Source of the DNA: Perna viridis
Lineage: Eukaryota
DNA length: 64,000 nt
Direction of reading: 5' to 3'
Assembly: GCA_037379345.1 (NCBI GenBank)
Contig: CM074521.1
Span: forward strand, 25,816,704 to 25,880,703
A program made the position numbers and the translations under genes. Positions within the stretch are counted from its first letter, which is position 1. Each line of letters begins with the position of its first letter. Under the pieces are notes generated by a model that was not told the DNA's origin, did not search any database, and was given only the letters and a program-made list of their open reading frames with translations. Positions 27,801 to 39,800 of the stretch are shown piece by piece.

Positions 27801-30800
27801 AGTTTTCATCAGTTTCGTCGAAAGGAATGTAACTGACGATTCCGTCGTTTTCCTGCATCGTGCAAGGGACAGCTTCGTTGCATTTGGATATAAGTCGCGA
27901 GAGATTCAAGTTTTATTTACCCTTCAAGAATGAACCTTGCACGTTGTTTGATAACAATAACATACTGAATATAGGCCAAGGATGTGCAAGAAAATCTTAG
28001 CAGATAAGACAAACGACATAGATATATTACAGGTTGTAGGGGAACATGTTATATTGACCTGCTCCCCAAGTTTAAGTTCAGATATTTATGACAATCGCCG
28101 AGGCATATTTTAATTTAGGAAATAGTTTCAGTGTCTTCTGTTACTTTTGGTGATAAATTCCAAATATCTCGTGACTTTTCTTCAAAAGCAACGACGCCAA
28201 CCCTTACTTTGCTTTCGACGCAATTGACGAAAACTTTCCATTTCGTACAAGAATTATAAAAATACCGCTGTGAAGAGACCAGAGACAGTAATTGTGAACA
28301 TTCCTGTGCCTTTTAAGATAAAAAAGGGCATATAGCGAAGGGTTCGACTCTAATATTTAGTATTCAAATAGAAGTAGGTGGTAAAATTCAAGATGGCGGT
28401 CTGTTTCTTTTGTAGTTTTTTAATGTATGGTCATGGAAAGTAAAATATAAAACTAGTTTAAATAACATTTTAGTAATTTTTTTCGCATTTTATGGATCTA
28501 ACCCATGACCTCAAGTCCCTATGGTTGAACTTTGATGATAAGAATTGAGTATCTAATAAATATGAACTTTCCATATGCTACTGAACAGTTCTTAATCTGC
28601 AAATGTGAATGAAATGAAATGCCTTACATGTGTGCTACTCTTACAGAAATAAAATACTTCATCTTACATTGCAATATTTTTAATAGTTTTAATGGTTTGG
28701 CATTATTTGGTCAACATCAGATCAAGCACGCGTTGTTGCATTATTGCATTTATTTCTTAATAATTTTATTAAGCCGTGATATTTTTAAAACATTAAAGAT
28801 CAAATTATTATCTAAGCACATTATTTTACAGTCAAAACAACCGCAATACAACTGCCACCGGTAACGACGTCAGTTACTCAACCCACATCAATTCAAACAA
28901 GCGCCACACGAACACCGCCTACAGTTACAACTGCACTGTATTCCTAATATGTCATTGTTTATACTAATCTCGTGAAAAAAGTACTAACTCATTAATATAC
29001 TTTTTTTCAGCCACAACTGTCGCTACACAAACCTCATCAGTTAAAACGTCAGTTGCGCAACCTTCAACTACTCAAACAACCGGGGCACAAACACCGCCTA
29101 CAGTTACAACTGCAGTTGTTTGTGAGGAAGTTGACATAATGGACTCAATTCAAGTAGTGGTTGATGTGAAAAAGAATGGATCACCTATTGATGAAGATAG
29201 AATCAAGACACCCAACGATGGTAAATCCTTGCCCGTAAATCCTGACGATACTTTAGAGTTTATACCTGACTCACCAGCGGAAGTTGATAGCATCACTGTT
29301 AAGGGAGATAACATTAAAACTATAATCGTCACCGTTTACGATGAAGATGGAAACCCATCAACCGTGAGTTGATTTCAAACATACTTTGGTGTATAGGAAA
29401 AATTGAATCATCGTTATATATTCCATTACCACTATCCAATAGGTAACGAAAGTTTTATAGATAAGAAGTTTCAAAAGGTTTGTAAAAGTAAATTATTTAT
29501 ATGGTAGTTATTGTTCGAACTATTATACAACAAGTGTTTTAACAAGGCACATTTTTGCTGTGTATTAATTCTTACAATCGTTGAAGTATGCTGAAATATG
29601 TGCCAAATAATACATCAATACATTTCCTTTTTTTAATATTTCATATTAGCATACGCTAAATCCTGATACAACAATCGACCTAGATAATGTTGATGCAAGT
29701 AAGGTGAAGATTCGATTCGAATCACTTCTTCCAGGAACTCCAATGACAGTTGATGATATTGATCTAGTGATTTGTGAGAAACCAGGTGGGTTAATTTAAT
29801 TATTACTGCTACCTAGGTAAAGAGGTGTATATAAATGTGTATATTTGAAATAAAAATCATCTTTTTTTTACCCCTGAAAATAAAAAAAAGAAGACAAAAC
29901 AGGAAACACAAAGTATTTTTTTAATCCAGCCGTTCATCGGTCCAAAAATTTCCTGTACGTGCCACTGTTTATAAACCGCTAAATTTATTTTATTGAAGAT
30001 TTCAAGTTCAGGTAAAGCCAGGGGGATAATCCTTTTTTTTTAACTTGCTAACATATTTTCTCGTTAATATACAAGGGAAAAAAGAGATGCGACTAGAAAG
30101 TTTTCGTCTAAAATATAATAGACAAAAAAATAAAGCTCAACAAACAATAAACAAGACGAACAATAAACAAGACGAACAATGACAATGAAGGCTTATTGAT
30201 ATATAATTTTATTTAACTTTTCATAAAAAAACAATAATTACTGACATATTAACTATCAAAACTTGCAAATTTACAATATATGCATAAAAATGATTTAAAA
30301 TAATTAAAATAATTGCTTTCCAATCTGATTTGGTACGGCGAGAATGACGCCTTGCTAGTGGGTTCAGGGGGCAGTCGCTAAATACCACATTTTTTTAAAT
30401 TTTGCCGTAAAAACGGAAATTATTGGAACCCCACCATCCTACCTGTTGTACCAGGTGCCACGCTCCTGTGCATACATGCACCATGTACAGATCTCATATC
30501 ATATACATTTCAAATACATGTCACTTATACTATCACGTCGTACGTGTTCTGGTTTTCCAGAGATATTGTACGTCAGGTGTTCTATGTATAAATTTACTAG
30601 ACATTCAGACTTCTTTCTCAAAATCAATTGATCCTTGGTAAAGAAATATTTCAATGACTTGTCTTACATTTCAAAGTAATGTTTCAAAGTGTAAGTTCGA
30701 CTATTCATCATATCATCTATCTAATTTTATTTTACAGTGAAAAGCACATATTATAAAGCAATGGGATCATTTTGAATTTTAAAAATGTCGCTTCCGATTT

Positions 30801-33800
30801 AAATTCATAGAAAGAAAACAAGAAATTAATGTTCCTTAACGAAACAAGACCATTGTTTAAATATTCAAAATCCGGGAACAAATATGAGATTAAGAAATCA
30901 TGCAAATGTCATTATTTAAAAGAATATAGAGAAAAACTAAAGAAATGAGCAAAGTAGACACCACGATAAAGAAAACTAACTAACTAACTAAAACCTCCGT
31001 CATGGATCAGGTGCTCCGGTAGGATTAGGGTCCTATATTGTTATGTTGTTCTAGAAACAACCACTGAGTAAATATTAATAGGATAATTAATTGGAAAGAG
31101 TGAATAACCAAAATATGATCACGAGTGCGGAAGAACGCCTAGATTTAACGAGTGAGCGGAACCGCGCACGAGTTAAATCTTAATGCGTTCTTGGCACGCG
31201 AGTGGGCATATTTTGGTTATTCACGATAACCAATTGATGATCCTTATTTATTATATAGATTTCTTGTATTATTCATTGTTATTTTCAACATTAATTTAAA
31301 ATTTTGTGAACGGCGGATTGATCTGTTCCCTCTGTGACGTTTTGGCGGGAGAAATCGCTAGAGTGAAATTACCGAATTTAATTCAGTGTGAATTATCGAA
31401 AACAAAATTATACTGGGAACATTTTGTAAATCACTGCTATCTATATAATAATATACAATATCCGGGTTAAACGACATTCCAAACTAAGCTAATATCATGG
31501 TGATAACTGATACGAAAAACAAATATTTTGCCAATGTTTTTTGGTGTGTCCACAGTATCGACCGTATCAACAGGGTTAATATTATACCATATCCGGGTTA
31601 AATTAAAAGAAAAACAACGACATTCCTAACAAAGCTGTTATTATGGTGATGACTGATACGAAAAACTAAAATGATCATTTTTCTCCCATGTTTTCTGTTG
31701 TATCCGCAGTATCGACTGTATCAACAGGAACAACTGGAATATCTGGTACTGAAACAACTGTATCGATCCCGTCAACAACACCTGAAGTTGGGGCAACACC
31801 TACTGGCACATCAGCTTCAATAGTTACCCAAACAGCCGGTGAGATATGTTCTCTTAAACAGTGCAGTTACAATAATTTATGAGAATGTGTGTTCTGTCTT
31901 AGTTTATTTTGTACAAATGTAGAAAAGAATAAAATTTCGTTTAACATTGAATTGAAATTTTATTTTCATTCCATTTCATTAATTTGATATCAGTTTTAAA
32001 AACCTATTTATTGTTTTCTGATGACAAAACCTACCAGAGATTCATATAGTTATTTATGGTTTTATTCAATTTTTATACTCTAGTTGCGTACATTTCTAAA
32101 TTTAAGCATCAACTACAGTAAGTGGTCAAACAACACCATCACTTCCACCTACACCTCCTGGTCCATCTCTTACATCAGCAACGACAGGGCCAACTTCAGC
32201 TTCAACTACTGGGATAGGTGTCACAACAGCAGCAACTGGAGCTACAACTGCTGGTACTGGTCCTACTCCAACAGGTACAGGTGCTACCACTGCAGGAACT
32301 ATCAAAACTACAACTGGACAAAGGACAACAGTAGGAACTGGAACTCCTACAGCAGTAACTGGTCCTACTACTGCAGCAACTGGACCAAGTACAACAGTAG
32401 GAATTGGAACATCCACAGCCGGAACTGGACCAACTACTGCAGCTACTGGACCAAGTTCAACAATCGGAACAGCTACCCCTTCAGTGGGAACTGGTTCCTC
32501 TACCGTAGTAACTGGACCTACCACATCAGTAGGACCTAGTCTCACAACAACAGGAACTGGTGCTACTACAGGACGGACGGGGCTTACAACAGTAGCTACT
32601 GGAATTACTACAGTTCAAACGGGATCTACAACAACGAAAGGAGGTGCTGGTGGTACACCTCCACCAAAAATTACATTCACCACTGCAACTGCAAGCACTG
32701 GAGTTACATCTGGGACTACAGGCATCACAGGTGTATCCACAATATCGACGGTCGTTTCTACTGGAGTATCCACTGTGTCAGCAGGAACAACTGGAATATC
32801 TGGTACTGAAACAACTGTATCGATCCCGTCAACAACACCTGAAGTTGGGGCAACACCTACTGGCACAACAGCTTCAATAGCCGGTGAGATATTTTCTATT
32901 GAACTGTACAGTTACAATAATTTATGAGAATGTGTGTTCTGTCTTAGTTTATTCTGTACAAATGTAGTTAAGAATATTTGATTTGTTTAACATTGAATTG
33001 AATATTTATTTTCATTACATTCCATTTAAAAAAAAAGAACACATAGAAACAAATATTTGATATCAGTTTTGGAAACCTATTTAGTTTTTTTCTGATGACA
33101 AAATCTACCATATATTTATATGGCTATTTATGTTTTTATTCAGTTTTCATACTCTCATTTCATACATTTCTAAATTTAAGCATCAACTACAGTAAGTGGA
33201 CAAACAACGCCATCACTTCCACCCACATCTCCTGGTCCATCTCTTACATCCGCAACGACAGGGCCAACTTCAGCTTCAACTACTGGGATAGGTGTCACAA
33301 CAGCAGCAACTGGAGCTACAACTGCTGGTACTGGTCCTGCCCCCACAGGTACAGGTGCTACCACTGCAGGAACTATCGAAAGTACAACCGAAACTGTACA
33401 GACATCAGTAGGAACTGGAACTCCTACAGCAGGGACTGCGGCAACTGGACCAACTACAACCGTAGGAACTGGAACACCCACAGCAGTAACTGGTCCTACT
33501 ACTGCAGCTACTGGACCAAGTATAACAGTAGGAACTGGAACACCTACAGCTGGGACTGGACAAAGTACAACAGTAGGAACTGGAACACCTACAGCTGGGA
33601 CTGGTCCAACAACCGCGGTAACTAGACCAAGTACTACGTTAGGAACTGGAACATCTACAGCTGGGACTGCGGCAACTGGACCAAGTACAACCGTAGGAAC
33701 TGGAACGCCTACAGCAGGGACTGGTCCTACCACTGCGGCAACTGGACCAAGTACAACATTAGGAACTGGAACACCAACACCCGGAACTGGACAAAGTACT

Positions 33801-36800
33801 GCAGCTACTGGACCAAGTACAACAGTAGTAACTGGAACACCTACAACTGGGACTGGCCCAATAACCGCGGCAACTGGACCGAGTACCACGGTAGGAACTG
33901 GAACACCTTCAGCAGCGACTGGACCAAGTTCAACAGTAGTAACTGGAACACCCACAGCAGTAACTGGTCCTACTACTGCAGCAACTGGACCAATTTCAAC
34001 AGTAGGAACTGGAACACCTACAGTAGTAACTGGTCCTACTACTGCAGCAACTGGACCAAGTACTACAGCAGGAACTGGAACACCCACAGCCGGAACTGGA
34101 CCAACTACTACAGCTACTGGACCAAGTACAACAGTAGGAACTGGAACACCCACAGCAGTAACTGGTCCTACTACTGCAGCTACTGGAACAAGTACAACAG
34201 TAGTAACTGGAACACCTACAACTGGGACTGGCCCAACAACCGCGGCAACTGGACAAAGTACCACGATAGGAGCTGGAACATCTACAGCTGGAACTGGACC
34301 AAGCACAACAGTAGGAACTGGAACACCCACAGCCGGAACTGGACAAAGTACTGCAGCTACAGGACCAAGTTCAACAGTAGGAACTGGAACGCCCACAGCA
34401 GTAACTGGTCCTACTACTGCGGCAACTGGACCAAGTACTACGTTAGGAACTGGAGCATCTACAGCTGGGACTGGACCAAGTACAACAGTAGGAACTGGAA
34501 CACCTACAGCTGGGACTGGACCAAGTTCAACAGTAGGAACTGGAACACCCACAGCAATAACTGGTCCTACTACTGCAGCAACTGGACCAATTTCAACAGT
34601 AGGAACTGGAACACCTACAGCAGTAACTGGCCCTACTACTGCAGCAACTGGACCAAGTACTACAGCAGGAACTGGAACACCCACAGCCGGAACTGGACCA
34701 ACTACTACAGCTACTGGACCAAGTACAACAGTAGGAACTGGAACACCTACAGCCGGAACTGGGCCAACTGCTACAGCAACTGGACCAAGTACAACGGTAG
34801 GAACTGGAACACCTACAGCAGTAACTGGTCCTACTACTGCGGCAACTGGACCAAGTACTACAGCAGGAACTGGAACACCCACAGCCGGAACTGGACCAAC
34901 TACTACAGCTACTGGACCAAGTACAACAGTAGGAACTGGAACACCTACAGCCGGAACTGGGCCAACTGCTACAGCAACTGGACCAAGTACAACGGTAGGA
35001 ACTGGAACACCCACAGCAGTAACTGGTCCTACTACTGCAGTTACTGGACCAAGTTCAACAGTAGTAACTGGAACACCTACAGCTGGGACTGGACCAAGTA
35101 CAACAGTAGGAACTGGGACACCTACAGCCGCAACTGGGCCAACTGCTACGGCAACTGGGCCAAGTACAACGGTAGGAACTGGAACACCCACAGCCGGAAC
35201 TGGACCAACTACTGCACCTACTGGACCAAGTACAACAGTTGTAACTGGAACACCTACAACTGGGACTGGCCCAACAACCACGGCAACAGGATCAAGTACC
35301 ACGGTAGGAACTGGAACATCTACAGCTGGAACTGGACCAAGCACAACATTAGGAACTGGAACACCCACAGCCAGAACTGGTCCTACTACTGCAGCAACTG
35401 GACCAAGTACTACAGCAGTCGCAACTGGAACATCTACAGCTGGAACTGGACCAAGCACAACATTAGGAACTGGAACACCCACAGCCGGAACTGGACCAAC
35501 TACTACAGCTACTGGACCAAGTACAACAGTAGGAACTGGAACACCCACAGCAGTAACTGGTCCTACTACTGCAGCAACTGGACCAAGTACTACAGCAGGA
35601 ACTGGAACACCCACAGCCGGAACTGGACCAACTACTACAGCTACTGGACCAAGTACAACAGTAGGAACTGGAACACCCACAGCAGTAACTGGTCCTACTA
35701 CTGCAGCTACTGGAACAAGTACAACAGTAGTAACTGGAACACCTACAACTGGGACTGGCCCAACAACCGCGGCAACTGGACCAAGTACCACGATAGGAGC
35801 TGGAACATCTACAACTGGAACTGGACTAAGCACAACAGTAGGAACTGGAACACCCACAGCCGGAACTGGACAAAGTACTGCAGCTACAGGACCAAGTTCA
35901 ACAGTAGGAACTGGAACGCCCACAGCAGTGACTGGTCCTACTACTACGGCAACTGGACCAAGTACTACGTTAGGAACTGGAGCATCTACAGCTGGGACTG
36001 GACCAAGTACAACATTAGGAACTGGAACACCTACAGCTGGGACTGGACCAAGTTCAACAGTAGGAACTGGAACACCCACAGCAATAACTGGTCCTACTAC
36101 TGCAGCAACTGGACCAATTTCAACAGTAGGAACTGGAACACCTACAGCAGTAACTGGCCCTACTACTGCAGCAACTGGACCAAGTACTACAGCAGGAACT
36201 GGAACACCCACAGCCGGAACTGGACCAACTACTACAGCTACTGGACCAAGTACAACAGTAGGAACTGGAACACCTACAGCCGGAACTGGGCCAACTGCTA
36301 CAGCAACTGGACCAAGTACAACGGTAGGAACTGGAACACCTACAGCAGTAACTGGTCCTACTACTGCGGCAACTGGACCAAGTACTACAGCAGGAACTGG
36401 AACACCCACAGCCGGAACTGGACCAACTACTACAGCTACTGGACCAAGTACAACAGTAGGAACTGGAACACCTACAGCCGGAACTGGGCCAACTGCTACA
36501 GCAACTGGACCAAGTACAACGGTAGGAACTGGAACACCCACAGCAGTAACTGGTCCTACTACTGCAGTTACTGGACCAAGTTCAACAGTAGTAACTGGAA
36601 CACCTACAGCTGGGACTGGACCAAGTACAACAGTAGGAACTGGGACACCTACAGCCGCAACTGGGCCAACTGCTACGGCAACTGGGCCAAGTACAACGGT
36701 AGGAACTGGAACACCCACAGCCGGAACTGGACCAACTACTGCACCTACTGGACCAAGTACAACAGTTGTAACTGGAACACCTACAACTGGGACTGGCCCA

Positions 36801-39800
36801 ACAACCACGGCAACAGGATCAAGTACCACGGTAGGAACTGGAACATCTACAGCTGGAACTGGACCAAGCACAACATTAGGAACTGGAACACCCACAGCCA
36901 GAACTGGTCCTACTACTGCAGCAACTGGACCAAGTACTACAGCAGTCGCAACTGGAACATCTACAGCTGGAACTGGACCAAGCACAACATTAGGAACTGG
37001 AACACCCACAGCCAGAACTGGACAAACTACTACAGCTACTGGACCAAGTCCAACAGTAGGAACTGGAACACCCACAGCAGTAACTGGTCCTACTACTGCA
37101 GCAACTGGACCAAGTACAACAGTAGGAACTGGAACACCCACGGCAATAACTGGTCCTACTACTGCAGCAACTGGACCAATTACTACAGCAGGTACTGGAA
37201 CGCCTACAGCCGGAACTGGGCCAACTGCTACAGCAACTGGACCAAGTACAACGGTAGGAACTGGAACACCCACAGCAGTAACTGGTCCTACTACTGCGGC
37301 AACTGGACCAAGTACAACAGTAGGAACTGGAACACCCACGGCAATAACTGGTCCTACTACTGCAGCAACTGGACCAATTTCAACAGTAGGAACTGGAACA
37401 CCTACAGCAGTAACTGGCCCTACTACTGCAGCAACTGGACCAAGTACTACAGCAGGAACTGGAACACCCACAGCCGGAACTGGACCAACTACTACAGCTA
37501 CTGGGCCAAGTACAACAGTAGGAACTGGAACACCTACAGCCGGAACTGGGCCAACTACTACAGCAACTGGACCAAGTACAACGGTAGGAACTGGAACACC
37601 CACAGCCGGAACTGGACCAACTACTACAGCTACTGGACCAAGTACAACAGTAGGAACTGGAACACCTACAGCCGCAACTGGGCCAACTGCTACAGCAACT
37701 GGACCAAGTACAACGGTAGGAACTGGAACACCCACAGCAGTAACTGGTCCTACTACTGCGGCAACTGGACCAAGTACAACAGTAGGAACTGGAACACCCA
37801 CGGCAATAACTGGTCCTACTACTGCAGCAACTGGACCAATTACTACAGCAGGTACTGGAACACCTACAGCCGGAACTGGGCCAACTGCTACAGCAACTGG
37901 ACCAAGTACAACGGTAGGAACTGGAACACCCACAGCAGTAACTGGTCCTACTACCGCAGCTACTGGACCAAGTACAACAGTAGTAACTGAACAACCTACA
38001 ACTGGGACTGGTCCAACAACCGCGGCTACTGCAGCTACTGGACCAAGTTCAACAGTAGGGACTGGAACACCTACAGCTGGGATTGGACCAAGTTCAACAG
38101 TAGGAACTGGAACACCTACAGCAGTAACTGGCCCTACTACTGCAGCAACTGGACCAAGTACTACAGCAGGAACTGGAACACCCACAGCCGGAACTGGACC
38201 AACTACTACAGCTACTGGACCAAGTACAACAGTAGGAACTGGAACACCTACAGCTGGGACTGGACCAAGTACAACAGTAGGAACTGGAACACCTACAGGC
38301 GGAACTGGGCCAAGTACAACAGCAGGAACTGGAACACCCACAGTCAGAACTGGACCAACTGCTACAGCTACTGGACCAAGTACAACAGTAGGAACTGGAA
38401 CACCCACAGCCGGAACTGGACCAACTACTACAGCTACTGGACCAAGTACAACAGTAGGAACTGGAACACCTACAGCCGCAACTGGGCCAACTGCTACAGC
38501 AACTGGACCAAGTACAACGGTAGGAACTGGAACACCCACAACAGTAACTGGTCCTACTACTGCGGCTACTGGACCAGGTACAACAGTAGGGACTGGAACA
38601 CCCACAGTCGGAACTGGACAAAGTACTGCAGCTACTGGACCAAGTACAACAGTAGTAACTGGAACACCTACAACTGGGACTGGCCCAACAACCGCAGCAA
38701 CTGGACCAAGTACCACGGTAGGAACTGGAACATCTACAGCTGGAACTGGACCAAGCACAACATTAGGGACTGGAACACCCACAGCCGGAACTGGACAAAC
38801 TACTGCAGCTACAGGACCAAGTTCAACAGTAGGAACTGGAACACCCACAGAAGTAACTGGTCCTACTACTGCAGCAACTGGACAAAGTACTACAGCAGTC
38901 GGAACTGGAACTTCTACAGCTGGAACTGGACCAAGCACAACATTAGGAACTGGAACACCCACAGCCGGAACTGGACCAACTACTGCACCTACTGGACCAA
39001 GTACAACAGTAGGAACTGGAACTCCTACAGCTGCGACTGGACCAAGTACAACAGTAGGAACTGGAACACCTACAGCTGGGACTGGACCAAGTTCAACAGT
39101 AGGAACTGGAACACCTACAGCAGTAACTGGTCCTACTACTGCAGCAACTGGACTAAGTACTACAGCAGGAACTGGAACACCTACAGCCGGAACTGGGCCA
39201 ACTGCAACAGCAACTGGACCAAGTACAACGGTAGGAACTGGAACACCCACAGCAGTAACTGGTCCTACTACTGCAGCTACTGGACCAAGTACAACAGTAG
39301 TAACTGGAACACCTACAACTGGGACTGGCCCAACAACCGCGGCAACTAGACCAAGTACCACGATAGGAGCTGGAACATCTACAGCTGGAACTGGACCAAG
39401 CACAACAGTAGGAACTGGAACACCCACAGCCGGAACTGGACAAACTACTGCAGCTACAGGACACAGTTCAACAGTAGGAACTGGAACGCCCACAGCAGTA
39501 ACTGGTCCTACTACTGCGGCAACTGGACAAAGTACTACGTTAGGAACTGGAGCATCTACAGCTGGGACTGGACCAAGTACAACAGTAGGAACTGGAACAC
39601 CTACAGCTGGGACTGGACCAAGTTCAACAGTAGGAACTGGAACACCCACAGCAATAACTGGTCCTACTACTGCAGCAACTGGACCAATTTCAACAGTAGG
39701 AACTGGAACACCTACAGCAGTAACTGGCCCTACTACTGCAGCAACTGGACCAAGTACTACAGCAGGAACTGGAACACCCACAGCCGGAACTGGACCAACT

